A DNA stretch of 64,000 nucleotides. It comes from Octopus sinensis (lineage: Eukaryota). The stretch is taken from positions 130,386,001-130,450,000 of the forward strand of contig NC_043001.1 in assembly GCF_006345805.1 (NCBI RefSeq). Direction: 5' to 3'. The position numbers and the translations under genes were made by a program. Under the pieces are notes generated by a model. The model worked only from the letters and a program-made list of their open reading frames with translations, did no database searches and had not been told where the DNA came from. Positions 23,995 to 37,308 of the stretch are shown in pieces (position 1 is the first letter of the stretch; each line of letters opens with the position of its first letter).

Positions 23995-24360
23995 CGTATA
24001 TACATATATACATTTTATATATATACATATATATATACATATATATATACATATATATTTATATATATATATCATGATCATCATCATATATATATATATA
24101 TATATATCATGATCATCATCATTGTCACCATTGTTTAACATCCCTTTCTTTCCCATGCCAGCCTGGGCGGGACAGTTCAACACACACACACACATGTTAT
24201 ACATAACATCTCCAACTTTTTTTTTTTTTTCTCTGCCTTTCCACCCCTAACTTAGCAGCATATTGGGGTAGCAAGAGGGTGGGAGTGGCAATAGTGATCT
24301 GAATGGGTTTTGCTTATCTATCATTCATTGTCATGGTTGCTGATGTTGTCATTGACAGTT

Positions 24361-24395
<35 letters not shown>

Positions 24396-24461
24396 ACTGT
24401 CATTGCAGTGTTGTTGCATTTTTGTTTACTCAGTAGACATTTCAGATTATATGTACACACT

Positions 24462-24505
<44 letters not shown>

Positions 24506-24559
24506 CATCATCATCATATCATATATATACCACACACACAACACACCACACACACATAT

Positions 24560-24599
<40 letters not shown>

Positions 24600-24633
24600 A
24601 TATATATATATGTATATATATATATGTATTATC

Positions 24634-24666
<33 letters not shown>

Positions 24667-24721
24667 GTATATATATATATATTGTGTGTGTGTGTTGTGC
24701 ATTATGTATCTATATATATCA

Positions 24722-24755
<34 letters not shown>

Positions 24756-25015
24756 ACATTTTTTTGTATATATATTTATTACCATATATGTAAATGCTCA
24801 CACCATTTACACACAAACACACACATATACATATATATATATTATACACACAGTATATTTATATATATGTATATATGTATATATTTGTATACATATATAC
24901 ACACACATACATACACACATGTATATATAAGTGTGTGTGTTTTTATATATTATATATATTATATCTATATATATATATAATATATACATATATATATATA
25001 TATACATATATATAC

Positions 25016-25057
<42 letters not shown>

Positions 25058-25110
25058 TATATATAGATATACACATATATATACATATGTATGTGTACAT
25101 ACGTGCATAT
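23995..25110. repeat. (TA)n/(CA)n/(GTT)n microsatellite zone
   Basis: Direct inspection. Confidence 0.9.
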
Positions 25111-25254
25111 CTATATCACCACAGTAAATGACATATGTAGGCCCCATCACATCCTATCAGTGTATAAACCAGTGGGGATGAATCATGGTCACCCATGAAA
25201 AAACATCCAGAGCTGGTCGGGAGATGGGAGGAGGCACATATCCAACTTCAGATT

Positions 25255-25787
25255 AACACCTTCACCACCACCACCACCATAAGCACCACTACCACCACCA
25301 CCACCACCATTGCCATTATTAAGACCAGCATTGTAGCTACTGCCAGGAGTAGGACCTTATCTCTTTAATTTAACTTTGGGTGGTGTGGTGGGGGGGAGGC
25401 TGCCCATCGCATTCCATCCCATCCCATCCCAACTAGTACCTCGCCACCACCCTGTAATGCTTACATATTGAATATTCACAGCTTACCCCCCCCCCCGTCT
25501 CCACCATCTCCTCTTACACATACTTCCTACATAGTCATCTTCCACCACCAGCACCAGCACCACCACTATCACTGTCCACTATCACTGTCACCACTACCAC
25601 CACCACCACCACCAATATCATCACCACTGTGGTCATCATCACAACCACCACCATCAGCACCACCATCAGCACCACCACCACCACCACCACTACCACCACC
25701 ACCACCACCACCACCACTACCACCACCAGCACCACCACCGCCACCACCACCACCACCATCAGCACCAGCACCACCACCACCATCAGC

Positions 25788-25818
<31 letters not shown>

Positions 25819-26205
25819 CCACCACTATCATTACCACTGTGGCCATCATCACAACCACCACCAACACCAACACCAACACCACCACCACCACACCACCACC
25901 ACCACCACCATCATCACCACCGTCACTGTCACCACTGCCGCCACCACACCCCACCACCACCACCACCACCTACAACTACCACCACCACTACCTGCAAAGT
26001 CAAAGTGCCGGCAGCAGTAACTAAGGCAATGAGAACAATATCCCACTCCACCACTGAATCTCTTTCATTCATTCATTCACTGCACAAGGAGCAACCCACC
26101 ACACCGTCATAACAATGACACTGACACCAAACAAGGCCCACACATACAGCATGACCACCACCACCACCACCACTGCCACCACCACCACCACCACTGCCAC
26201 CACCA
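25255..26205. repeat. (CCA)n-rich degenerate microsatellite
   Basis: Direct inspection. Confidence 0.9.
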
Positions 26206-27260
26206 CTCCCACTACCACCTACAACGATGACCACGACCACCACCTACAACTACCACACCCACTGCTACCGACAGCAACGACATCCACTACCACCTACAAC
26301 CACTGTCACTGCAACCACCAATACCACCATCACCACCACCACCACCACTGTTACCACCACCTATGCCCACCACTACCGCCTACAACCACCACCACCCTGC
26401 TGCAACCACCTTTGACCACGAGCACCAGCACCGCTACTGCCACCACCACTACCTATGACCACTACCACTGCCACCATCGCTCCCACTACCACCTACGACC
26501 ACGACCACCACCTACAACTACCACACCCACTGCTACCGACAGCGACGACATCCACTACCACCTACAACCACTGTCACTGCAACCACCAATACCACCATCA
26601 CCACCACCACCACCACTGTTACCACCGCCTATGCCCACCACTACCGCCTACAACCACCACCATTGCCTACGACCACCACCACCCTGCTGCAACCACCTTT
26701 GACCACGAGCACCGCCACCGCCACCACCACTACCTATGACCACTACCACTGCCACCATCGCTCCCACTACCACCTACGACCACGACCACCACCTACAACT
26801 ACCACACCCACTGCTACCGACAGCAACGACATCCACTACCACCTATAACCACTGTCACTGCAACCACCAATACAACCATCACCACCACCACCACCACTGT
26901 CACCACCGCCTATGCCCACCACTACCGCCTACAACCACCACCATTGCCTACGACCACCACCACCCTGCTGCAACCACCTTTGACCACGAGCACCGCCACC
27001 GCCACCACCACTACCTATGACCACTACCACTGCCACCATCGCTCCCACTACCACCTACGACCACGACCACCACCTACAACTACCACACCCACTGCTACCG
27101 ACAGCAACGACATCCACTACCACCTATAACCACTGTCACTGCAACCACCAATACCACCATCACCCCCACCACTGTCACCACCGCCTATGCCCACCACTAC
27201 CGCCTACAACCACCACCACCCTGCTGCAACCACCTTTGACCACGAGCACCACCACCGCCT
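26206..27260. repeat. Higher-order tandem repeat, about four units of 274-281 bp, derived from (CCA)n
   Basis: Marker CTCCCACTACCACCTAC at 26206, 26480, 26761 and 27042. Confidence 0.93.
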
Positions 27261-27840
27261 CCAGTACCACCGCCACTACCACCACCAGCATTACTACTGT
27301 CCTATGGATACCGTATGATACAACTGTCACCCTAATCCCTCATGCCATTACTACTACTGCACCACAACCACACCACACCACATCACGCCAAACTAGATCT
27401 GACCACCAAGCAACATTTACATAGAGATGGAGGAAACTGTATGTAAATAAGTGATAAGACATATCATATGTGCAATAGGGGAGAAAGCAGGAAGCAGTTA
27501 ACCCATGACAGGCAGGCGTACATACGAACATATATATATATAATATATGTATGTATGTTTGTATGTATGTATGTATGTATGTATGTATGTATGTATGTAT
27601 GTATGTATGTATGTATGTATGTATGTATGTGTATGTGAATGTGCATTGTGTGTGGGTGTCTGTGTATTTGTATAAGTGTGCATATATATATATAAATATA
27701 TATATAGAGAGAGAGAGAGTGAGAGAGAGATACACACATATATATATATATATGTATATATGTGAATATATATATATATATATATATATACAGAGAGAGA
27801 GAGAGAGAGATACACACATATATATATATATGTATATATG

Positions 27841-27884
<44 letters not shown>

Positions 27885-28198
27885 TATCTATATCTACCTA
27901 TCTAGCAATCTAGTTATTTCTATATATCTACTATCTATCTATATAATATATATATATATATATAGAGCGCATACACACACATCTGCACACATACAAACAC
28001 ACACACACACACACACATGTTTAAATACCAGATGTTAGTTACTATGGTAACAAAAAGAGATAAGACAATGAACGAGTGGTATCATATATTTGACGTGTAT
28101 ATCTCTCTGCATAAGAGAGCCTGAATGCATACAGACAGACAGACACATGCAAATATGCACAAATATGTATATATGCACACACACACACAGATACATAT

Positions 28199-28244
<46 letters not shown>

Positions 28245-28333
28245 CATATATATATACCTACATACATGCATACATATATATATACACATACATACATATA
28301 TATATATACACATACATACATATATATATATAT

Positions 28334-28375
<42 letters not shown>

Positions 28376-28383
28376 TATATAAA

Positions 28384-28599
28384 GGGAAAGTTTATGAAAA
28401 TAAACAAAAGACGAAGGCAGGTGGTGTACAAAACAAACAAATGTATTAGTATAGCGCTCAGGAATAGAAAAAGTCTTTTACGTTTCGAGCCTACGCTCTT
28501 CGACAGAAAGATACACAGAAAAAACAAGGAGAGAAACAAACAGAGAAAAAAGGAGAGAAAAATAGGAGAGAAAAAATGCGTGTAGGAGCTAACGATCTA
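28384..28599 (-). mobile_element. Small interspersed element (family H2) carrying a minimal hammerhead-like motif; probable Penelope-like pLTR remnant
   Basis: Near-identical second copy at 33668-33865; hammerhead-like fold at 28474-28511. Confidence 0.65.
28474..28511 (-). ncRNA. Minimal type I hammerhead-like motif (variant core CUGUCGA)
   Basis: Minus strand UCUUU-CUGUCGA-A-GAGC(GUAG)GCUC-GAA-ACGU-A-AAAGA: stem I UCUUU/AAAGA, stem II GAGC/GCUC, palindromic ACGU stem III, GUA triplet. Confidence 0.6.
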
Positions 28600-28856
28600 T
28601 CATGGCATCCTGACTTCGATATATATAGTATTATAGTATATCTAGTGTGTACTATAAGGTATATGACTCTGGGCCATCTTAGCAGCTTAATAGGACTCTG
28701 GGCAAATCAGTGTACAGGTACTTTTTTTGTTGACAACAAGCCACAACAAACTTAGATCAGTATTGGGCCTTGAGACTGGTGAAACCCCTTGGTAACTGCG
28801 CAGTGTACCTGTACCTTAAGACAAGCCAGATACTATTGCTATTGCTGAGTTTAGAG

Positions 28857-29177
28857 CAATAGTTCTCAAGCGTAGTAGTTCCATATGAACCATGGGAACC
28901 TATATAAGGTTTTTGGGGTCCACGCTAGAAAAATTAGAAAAATTGGGAATTCACAACATTTGATGTAGATGTATTTATTGGAAGAAACAATTAGGTTTCT
29001 TTCTTTAATATTTACCATAGTTTGACCTATACAAGAGAAGGTGTGAATAACAAAACAGGAATTTTGAAAGAAGTATCTTCAAAATTAGTTTTTAAACAGC
29101 AAAAGTCTATGGGGATCCAACAGAATAAAATTGTAAACAAAGGATTCCATAGATAAAAAATGGTTGAAAACCACTAG
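28857..29177. mobile_element. hAT-type MITE (CAGTGGTTCTCAA-like TIR); fragments also near 3490, 39511, 41100-41200 and 61504
   Basis: CAATAGTTCTCAAG start and GGTTGAAAACCACTAG end; internal GGGGTCC motif shared with the other fragments. Confidence 0.6.
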
Positions 29178-29358
29178 TCACAAACTCTATTTAGATTATC
29201 ATCCAATCTGCTCCTAGTGAAATAATTCTGGTTATGAGCAAATGCCGTAGATAATAAGATATGAGTTTATATGATTTGTTCCTGAAGTTGTAATTATTTA
29301 TGAGGTGATATCAAAAAGTTCGAAAACAAGTTATGTTTAATAAAAAATAACTAATTTA

Positions 29359-29727
29359 AGGTATAGAAGCCATCTTATCATGGCTAACCACATTGGGGAG
29401 GGAGTGTTACTGTATCTTTATAGCCCCAAGAGATCTTCGTCTCTAGCTGGCTTTAGACACAATATCAGTGTCCTTGGAGTATTTGCAAAGGGAGGCCATC
29501 CCTTCCTCGCAAGCCTGAGTGATACGCTCGAACTAGTTTCGGGATTGTTGTCCCTCGTCACCGGCGGTAACCACCAGGTCGCGATGAAAGTGAAGGCCTC
29601 TTTGCAAACATATATAAGTTCTTCTAATGGCGTCTGCCACTGATGTCGAAAAACGAACAGTAAGCATAATTAAATCTCAGAATGAGATTGAAACAGTAAT
29701 CGCTCGATAATGTAAGGTATAGAAGCC
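29359..29727 (-). mobile_element. Retrozyme-like / Penelope-like small element (family H3): 356-bp unit, terminal direct repeat, internal hammerhead-like motif
   Basis: TAAGGTATAGAAGCCA at 29357-29372 and 29713-29728; outer duplication AACTAATTTA at 29349-29358 and 29728-29737; hammerhead-like fold at 29525-29566. Confidence 0.6.
29525..29566 (-). ncRNA. Minimal type I hammerhead-like motif (variant core GUGACGA)
   Basis: Minus strand CGCCG-GUGACGA-GGGA(CAACAA)UCCC-GAA-ACUAGU-U-CG(A)GCG; palindromic ACUAGU stem III; C3 position is G. Confidence 0.5.
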
Positions 29728-30399
29728 AACTAATTTACCTCCTTTGAAATAATCACCTTGCACAGCAATACACCAGTCCCAGCATTCCTGTGCCTAACTA
29801 TTTACCTCTCCTAACCACTTTAACCTGTAATGATTTTCCTTGTGCATTGTGATACTAATAATCAGTTAGTTGTTGAAACTCAATATATATATGCCTTAGA
29901 ATAATGCATTTGGCAAGTACAGAGCATAATATAAATCATTAAATGACAAGGGGACAGGAATTACATAATCACTTTCATTAGCTTACAGCTGTATTTGCTG
30001 TAAGAAGGAAAAAAACCTTGCCAAAACTGACCTCGCCTGTGCTTGTGCCACAAAAAAAGCACCAAGGTGGTGTTAGGAAGGGCATCCAGCTGTAAAAAAA
30101 ATCATAGAAGTCTTGTGTAGGCTTCATTCTAGCCGGCTTTCATGAAATCATCCCACCCATGATAGCATGGAAAGTGGATGTTAAACGATGAATGAGGAAG
30201 CAGTGTACTCAGAGCGGAGTGCTTGTGCATCATCTTATAGCTTCCTCAGAGCCATTACATACACAGAAGGACCGTAATACTTCATCAGTTATTGACTGAA
30301 AAATACTAATACATAGTTTCATACCTTTAATGATAAGACTAGGAATTTCGTATGTCGGTGGCACATGCAAGATTTGTGGAGAATTAGGGCCTGAGAAAA

Positions 30400-30790
30400 C
30401 AAAATAATACAAGGTTTGTTTACCAACCACATGGTTACGGGTTCAGTCCCACTGCGTGGTACCTTGGGCAAGTGTCTTCTACTATAGCCTCAGGCCAACC
30501 AAAGCCTGGTGAGTGGATTTGGTAGACGGAAACTGAAATAAGCCCGTCGTATATATGTATATATATGTATGTGCGTGTATGTTTGTGTGTCTGTGTTTGT
30601 CCCCCTAGAATTGTTTGACAACTGATGCTAGTGTGTTTATGTCCCCGTCACTTAGCGGTTTGGCAAAAGAGACCGATAGAATAAGTACTGGGCTTACAAA
30701 GAATAAGTCCCGGGGTCGAGTTGCTCGATTAGAGGCGGTGCTCCAGCATGGCCGCAGTCAAAATGACTGAAACAAGTAAAAAGAGAAAAA
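30400..30790 (+). mobile_element. SINE family B
   Basis: Aligns with 43978-44430. Confidence 0.88.
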
Positions 30791-31079
30791 AAAGAAAGAG
30801 ATACAAAAATAAACAATAGGAATTTGAAACGATAGATGAAGACAATAAATAAAAAGATAAATATAGCCTTGGGGGCCAAACACGAGAATGATGGATTAAC
30901 GCCTGGGAGGAAACCTCAAATGGATATAAAGAACAGAGTTGAGAAGTGAAAAAAAAGAACAGAATTGAGAAGAGAAAAACGGTTGACCAGCAAGCTACGT
31001 GTCCAGTGGCAAAAAGGCAGGATATGCATATATATTTTTTTCTAATTTTTCTAATTTATAAATATATATTATATCATCG

Positions 31080-31628
31080 TCATCAACACTTAACATTCAT
31101 TTTCCATGCTAGCATGGCTTCAACGACTTGATAGGAACTGACAAAGCTAGGGCTGCACCTGGTTCCATTGTTTTGGCTTGGTTTTTACAGCTTGATGCCC
31201 TTCCCAATGCCAGCCACTCTACAGTGTTTACTGGGTGCTTTTTACATGGCACCATCACAAGTACATTTTATGTGGCACCAGCAGCAATTCTTTTGAAATG
31301 ACACCAGTACCCCACACCAATGCTTTTTATATGGCACTTTGGTTTTAGGATCCCAATTCTGTTGTGGTGGGTGGGTCTTCTTGAGTACAGCAATGTGTCA
31401 CATATCTTGGTCTTCTGTGCTCATTTCACAGTCATGAGGTCTTCAGTTCAATCTCTCTGCTTAGCATCTTGAACAAATATCATTTTGTACAGTTTCAGAT
31501 CAACCCATAGCTTGTGAATTGGATAGATGAAAATTATATAGATTATTGGATCGATTGGACCTGTAATTCAAAAGATACAGCCTTGTGACTCACAGCGCCA
31601 TAACTCCTCCTCCTCCTCCTCATCATCA

Positions 31629-31659
<31 letters not shown>

Positions 31660-31668
31660 TCGTCATCG

Positions 31669-31705
<37 letters not shown>

Positions 31706-31915
31706 TTAACGTCTGTCTTTCATGCTGGCATGGGTTGGGTGATTTGATAGGAGTTAAGCAAGCCAGAGGGTGGCACCAGGCTTTATTATCTGATTTGGCA
31801 TAGCTTCTATGGCTGGATGCCTTTCCGAACACCAACCACTTTACAGAGTGTGCTGTATGCTGGATGCCTTTTATGTGGCCCCAGCACTGGTGCTTTTTAT
31901 ATGACACCAACACCA
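31080..31915 (-). mobile_element. Two diverged family C copies (31080-31330, 31690-31915)
   Basis: CATCAT...TTAAC...TTCCATGCTAGCATGG...GGATGCCCTTCC pattern. Confidence 0.75.
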
Positions 31916-32497
31916 GTAGAGGTATCGAGTAATGCGCAGAACAAAGTCTTCTCAGCTGGGGGAGGGAGCGGTTCCAAGGGAAGGGGTTTTATGTCAGGTG
32001 AGAGGTTAGAATATAATAGAGAGTTAGAGGTAGGAGTCTTACTACAGAGGAGATACTTGGCTACTCCCAGACGGTGAAAAAAGAGAGGAAGGTGAGAGAG
32101 AGTTAGAGAGACAGTCATGTGTCAGAGACGCATAGTGGTGGGACATACCCTTAGGAAACAGTGGGAAAGGGGAATATAAGTGTACAAAAGAGGTAGAGGA
32201 GTATAGGGGTATATGTTTCATAAGAGTTTGAGGGGAGATATTTAGAGATGGGGGGAAGAGGTGACTGTTTCAAGTGATGGTGAGAGAAATTGGAGTGGTG
32301 GGGGATGTGGTTCTTCCTGAGAACTATGTTAACAGTATACATGTCTGTGGAATACTCAGTCACTTGTACATTGATTCAGGAGCAGGTAATTCAGTTGATC
32401 AAATATGAACAACTGAATCCTCATCATTGAATGACAAAGATCCACCACTACCAAATACGCATGCACACATACACACACACATGCAAATACATATACA

Positions 32498-32539
<42 letters not shown>

Positions 32540-32821
32540 TGTATTTGTATGTGTGTTATTTTTACATGGGCTTTCCGCACATCGTTGATGTCTTCAACGA
32601 AACTTCTCACCTTCCATGAAGCTCTTATCTTGACAATATTTTGACAGCTGCCACTTTGGGAAAAATAAAAACAAAAACAAGAAAAAACAGTGGAAAAAAC
32701 ATAACAATAACAAGAACAACAATGAGAACGATGATGATGATGATGATGATGAAGATATTAATAATACTAATGATTTGGTGATGATGGTGATGATGGTGAT
32801 GATGTCAATAATGAGCAGATT

Positions 32822-32854
<33 letters not shown>

Positions 32855-33427
32855 GTGGAAGTAGTAATAACAACATCAGCATCATAATAATAATAATGAT
32901 GATGATGAAGATGAAGATTTTACCCTTAAAATTTTAACATTCTACCTTAATCTTAAAGCTATATTTGAATTTTCACCCTTTCTCTCAACTCTTCATGCAC
33001 GTACAAAGACATACACAAATACACACACATGCACGTGTTTCTATATACTAATATACACATTCATACACCTTTCTCATTCTTTCCTTTCTGTATTTCTAAA
33101 AACCTTCCCCAATGCCCCCATCGAATTCCTTACCCCAGTCTGACAACATATAATGAGCTTTTGAAAGAAAATCAGAGAAAGACAGGAAAAACTCTTACGT
33201 TTGGATTTTGAAAATTTATTATTATCATTTCTTTTTAAAAATTTTATTTCATTTTGTTTTATTTTAATATTTTCATTTGTCCCCTCTCTGCTCTTTTAAA
33301 CCCCCTCCCCACCTCTGACATTTGTCAAGAAAAAAAAAAACAAAAAAAAAATACAAAGTATTGGATAGAATTTTGATAATACATTTGTACGTTTATTTCC
33401 TCAGTTTTAGCATTTAATCTTACCACC

Positions 33428-33459
<32 letters not shown>

Positions 33460-33564
33460 CAGCGGCAGCAATAGCAGCAGCAACAATTGAGTACATGAGC
33501 TAACTAAGGAGCAACCTTCTGCATGGTTCCTTTTTGAGCTTTTAGAAATAGTCACTAAATGTCC

Positions 33565-33970
33565 TTTAACCGTTTAACATTCAAACTGACCGGTGCCCCA
33601 GCATGGCACAGCTCAAGAGCTGAAACTGGAAAACATAAACATAAATATCCGGCCCAAATATTCTAATGGGAAAGTTTACGAAAATAAACAAAAGACGAAG
33701 GCAGGTGGAGTACAAACAAACAAATTTATTAGTATAGCGCTCAGGAATAGAAATAGAAAAAGTCTTTTACATTTTGAGCCTACGCTCTTCGACAGAAAGA
33801 TACACAGAAAAAAACAAGGAGAGAAACAAGGTGAGAAAAAAATGCGTGTAGGAGCTAACGATCTAGCTTTATGTTGAAACCAGCTAGATCACTCCTCTCA
33901 CGCCTACCCTACAATGTTATTTTGAAAGTATAAACGACGTCATCAAAATCCCAAAGCTATAAGATGCCTT
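33565..33970 (+). mobile_element. piggyBac-type MITE interrupted by a short SINE-tail fragment and the H2 element (33668-33865)
   Basis: TTAACCGTTTAACATTCAAAC start; AATATTCTA|insert|GCTTTATGTTGAAACC rejoins the sequence seen in the 2098 and 3686 copies. Confidence 0.7.
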
Positions 33971-34168
33971 TTATCTTTTTATCTTTCACTGTGGCCATAC
34001 TGGGGCACCACCTTGAAGAATTTTCAGTCAAATGAACTGAATTCAATATTTATTCGTTTTAAGCCTGGTACTAATCCTATCGATCTCTTTTTACCAAACT
34101 GCTACGTTATGGGGAGATGTAAACATACCAAGACTGGTTGTCAAGCAGTGCCAGGGGACAAACACAAA

Positions 34169-34206
<38 letters not shown>

Positions 34207-34293
34207 TGCATTCATATATATGCACATATACAAATAAAGAAATTTTATCCACCAGTGCGGTGTTGAGTACTCATTCTCATAGTTTGACATGTA

Positions 34294-34859
34294 TTGGGTT
34301 GTCCGGAAAGCTTGTGCCAATTTTTAAAAGCAAGAAAAAGGGTCAATAAATACTTGCCATTGCATTTTTAATCAACCAAATATGAACCATTTTGTTGCAC
34401 AATGCGTCTCCATCTTTCCTTTAACTTGAAAATACCCTCTTCCAAGAATTGAGGTGGTTTCATGGCAAAGAATTTATCAAGGTATCATTTTACGTCATCC
34501 AAGGAATTGAAATTTTTACCATTAAGACTATTCTGCAGAGACCTGAATAAGTGGAAATCCAAAGGAGCACTATCTGGTGAATATGGAGAGTGGGGTAACA
34601 CATCCCAGCCGAGCTGCAGCAATTTTTGTCTGGTTCCCAAAGCATCAAGTGCCGAAAATGAACTTTCTTATCTTCCATTTTAAAGGGTTACAGAATTAAC
34701 ACACATTATAGGAACATAAACCTTCTTCGATGAAAAGATAGCTTAAACTGTGCTCTAAATAGAGGTTTAGTGAAATCCAATTTATGGACTCAACCATGTT
34801 CTAAAATAAGTTGAAAGGTAAGCTACTATAAGTCGGCACAAACTTTCTGGACAACCCAA
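34294..34859 (-). mobile_element. Internally deleted mariner transposon
   Basis: TA TSD on both sides; TIR TTGGGTTGTCCGGAAAGCTTGTGCC / GGCACAAACTTTCTGGACAACCCAA; N-terminus [13 protein letters not shown] joined to [42 protein letters not shown]...ERWRRIVQQNGSYL. Confidence 0.93.
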
Positions 34860-35473
34860 TACATATGATTTTTTATATTATCTTATATTATATTCATAGT
34901 ATATAATGTTATACCATAATATAAATAAATTATTGGATTGTCAATTGAATCTCTAATTTATTGTTTGTAATTTGTATTATATCCATATTTATATGGGATT
35001 CAACTGACGTACAAGTGAATTGGGTGTTTTACACACCCCTTTGAAGGAATTCCTTTTCTTAGTTTGTTACTTTATATCATCATCATCATCATCATCATCG
35101 TATACATATATATGTATATGGTATTTTTTATACAAGCTTAAAGCTTATGGCGATCACTGTGCAATGACTAAGGAAAACAGTTTAATAAAGGGACACATAA
35201 GCCCTTGACAGAAAAATATGGCTTTGTATGTGTGTGTGTATGTAATATGTATATATATATATATATATAGCTATATAGATATATATATATATATTAGGGA
35301 GTAAATCCAAACTTATAGGAAAATTAGATTTAGGATTAAATCTATTTTTACAGTATAAATATATTTATTAAATACATATATTAATATTATATTAATTAAT
35401 TAATCTATTTCTATATTTTGGTTTATGTTTTTCACTGTTTGATTTGCCTAATAGTGGTTTTATCTCTAATTTA

Positions 35474-35513
<40 letters not shown>

Positions 35514-35540
35514 CATATATAAACACATATATATATACAG

Positions 35541-35935
35541 GTACAGGCGTGGCTGTGTGGTAAGAAACTTTCTTCCCAACCCACATGGTTCCAGGTTCAA
35601 TCCCACTACATGGCACCTTGGGCAAATGACTTCTACTATAGCCTCAGGCCAACCAAAGCCTTGTGAGTGAATTTGGTAAACAGAAAGTGAAAGAAGCCTG
35701 TCATATATATATATATGTATGTATATATATTTATGTGTGTATGTTTGTGTTTGTCCTCCCCACTATCACTTGACAACTGATGCTGGTGTGTTTATGTCCC
35801 TGTAACTTAGCGGTCTCGGCATAAGAGACTGATGGAATAAGCTCCAGGCTTACAAAGAATAAGTCCAGGGTTCGATTTCTTCAACTAAAAGCAGTGCTCC
35901 TGCATGGCCACAGTCAAATGACTGAAACAAGTAAA
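35541..35935 (+). mobile_element. SINE family B
   Basis: Aligns with 43978-44430. Confidence 0.88.
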
Positions 35936-36899
35936 CGTGTGTATATATATACACACACATATATTTTATATATATATATATATCTATCCAATGGGCTTCT
36001 TTTAGTGTTTGTTTACCAAATCAACTGCCAAGTTTTGGTTGACCCGTGGCAATAGTAGAGCACACCGGGTGAAATGCTTAGTGGTATTTCGTCTGCTATT
36101 ACATTCTGAGTTCAAATTCTGCAGATGTCGAATTTGCCTTTCATCCCTTCAAGAGTTGATAAAATAAGTATCAATTGAATACTGCATTCAATGTAACTGA
36201 CTTAGCCTTTTCTATACTGTTATGTACTGGATGGTTTCACTAGAACTAGAGAACCAAGGGACTGCACCAAACTCCAATGTTCTGCTTTAACATGATTTCT
36301 ATGGCTGATATCCTACCTAATGCCAACCACTTCATAACTTGGTTTCTATGGCCTTCTATGGCTGATACCCTTACAGAGTGTATAGGGTGCTTTTTACATG
36401 GCACCAGCACTGGTGAGGTCACCAAGTAACTTGTAAGACAAAACCCTCACTTCATTCGAATGAGGAAGAATATTGAGGGAGATGGCTTTGTGCTAGGTGA
36501 AGCGAGGCTAAAGTATGATACAGGGACAGATATATTTCTGTAGGAAAATATATGGTGATCCCAGTTGGAAAAGACAGAAGATGGGGGCGAAGATGTTTCA
36601 AAATGCATTCATTACAATTAAGAGTGATTGCTTTCAAAAGATGTTTGAAACTCTCAGTTGATCTAGAAATATTAATTTACTCAGCATTGAGTTGAGCTTT
36701 GATCAAGAACTTTCTTATCTTGATCATCCAAATTGTTTTTATACAACAAAGTCAGCATCATCTGAAGTTTTATCTTTTCCAAGAAAATGGTTGTGGGGGG
36801 GTGATTCTTTAAGGAAATTTGGCTGCTGTTTCTAGCAGGTCAATTAGATCACATAGCGACTCCCTTCTTGGTTGGTTGTATGTAAATCTGCTCTGTGTG

Positions 36900-37308
36900 T
36901 GTACTCTTTACTCTACTCTTTTACTCTTTTACTTGTTTCAGTCATTTGACTGCGGCCATACTGGAGCACCGCCTTTAGTCGAGCAAATCGACCCCAGGAC
37001 TTATTCTTTGTAAGCCCAGTACTTATTCTATCGGTCTCTTTTGCCGAACCGCTAAGTGACGGGGGACGTAAACACACCAGCATCGGTTGTCAAGCAATGC
37101 TAGGGGGACAATCACAGACACACAAACACACACATACATATATATATACATATATACGACAGGCTTCTTTCAGTTTCCGTTTACCAAATCCACTCACAAG
37201 GCTTTGGTTGGCTATAGTAGAAGACACTTGCCCAAGGTGCCACGCAATGGGACTGAACCTGGAACTATGCGGTTGGTAAACAAGCTACTTACCACACAGC
37301 CACTCCTG
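36900..37308 (-). mobile_element. SINE family B
   Basis: Reverse complement of the family B reference copy. Confidence 0.9.

Larger units (their letters stand above)
29300..29790 (-). mobile_element. Mariner remnant hosting the H3 element
   Basis: Minus translation WDWCIAVQGDYFKG resembles the mariner C-terminal W..CI...G.YFEG; TIR-like GAGGTGATATCAAAAAGTTC. Confidence 0.5.

Noticed and set aside
26455-27424. His/Thr-rich ORFs chained by ATGA stop-start overlaps
   Set aside because: Automatic result of the 281-bp (non-triplet) repeat period; translational coupling is not expected here
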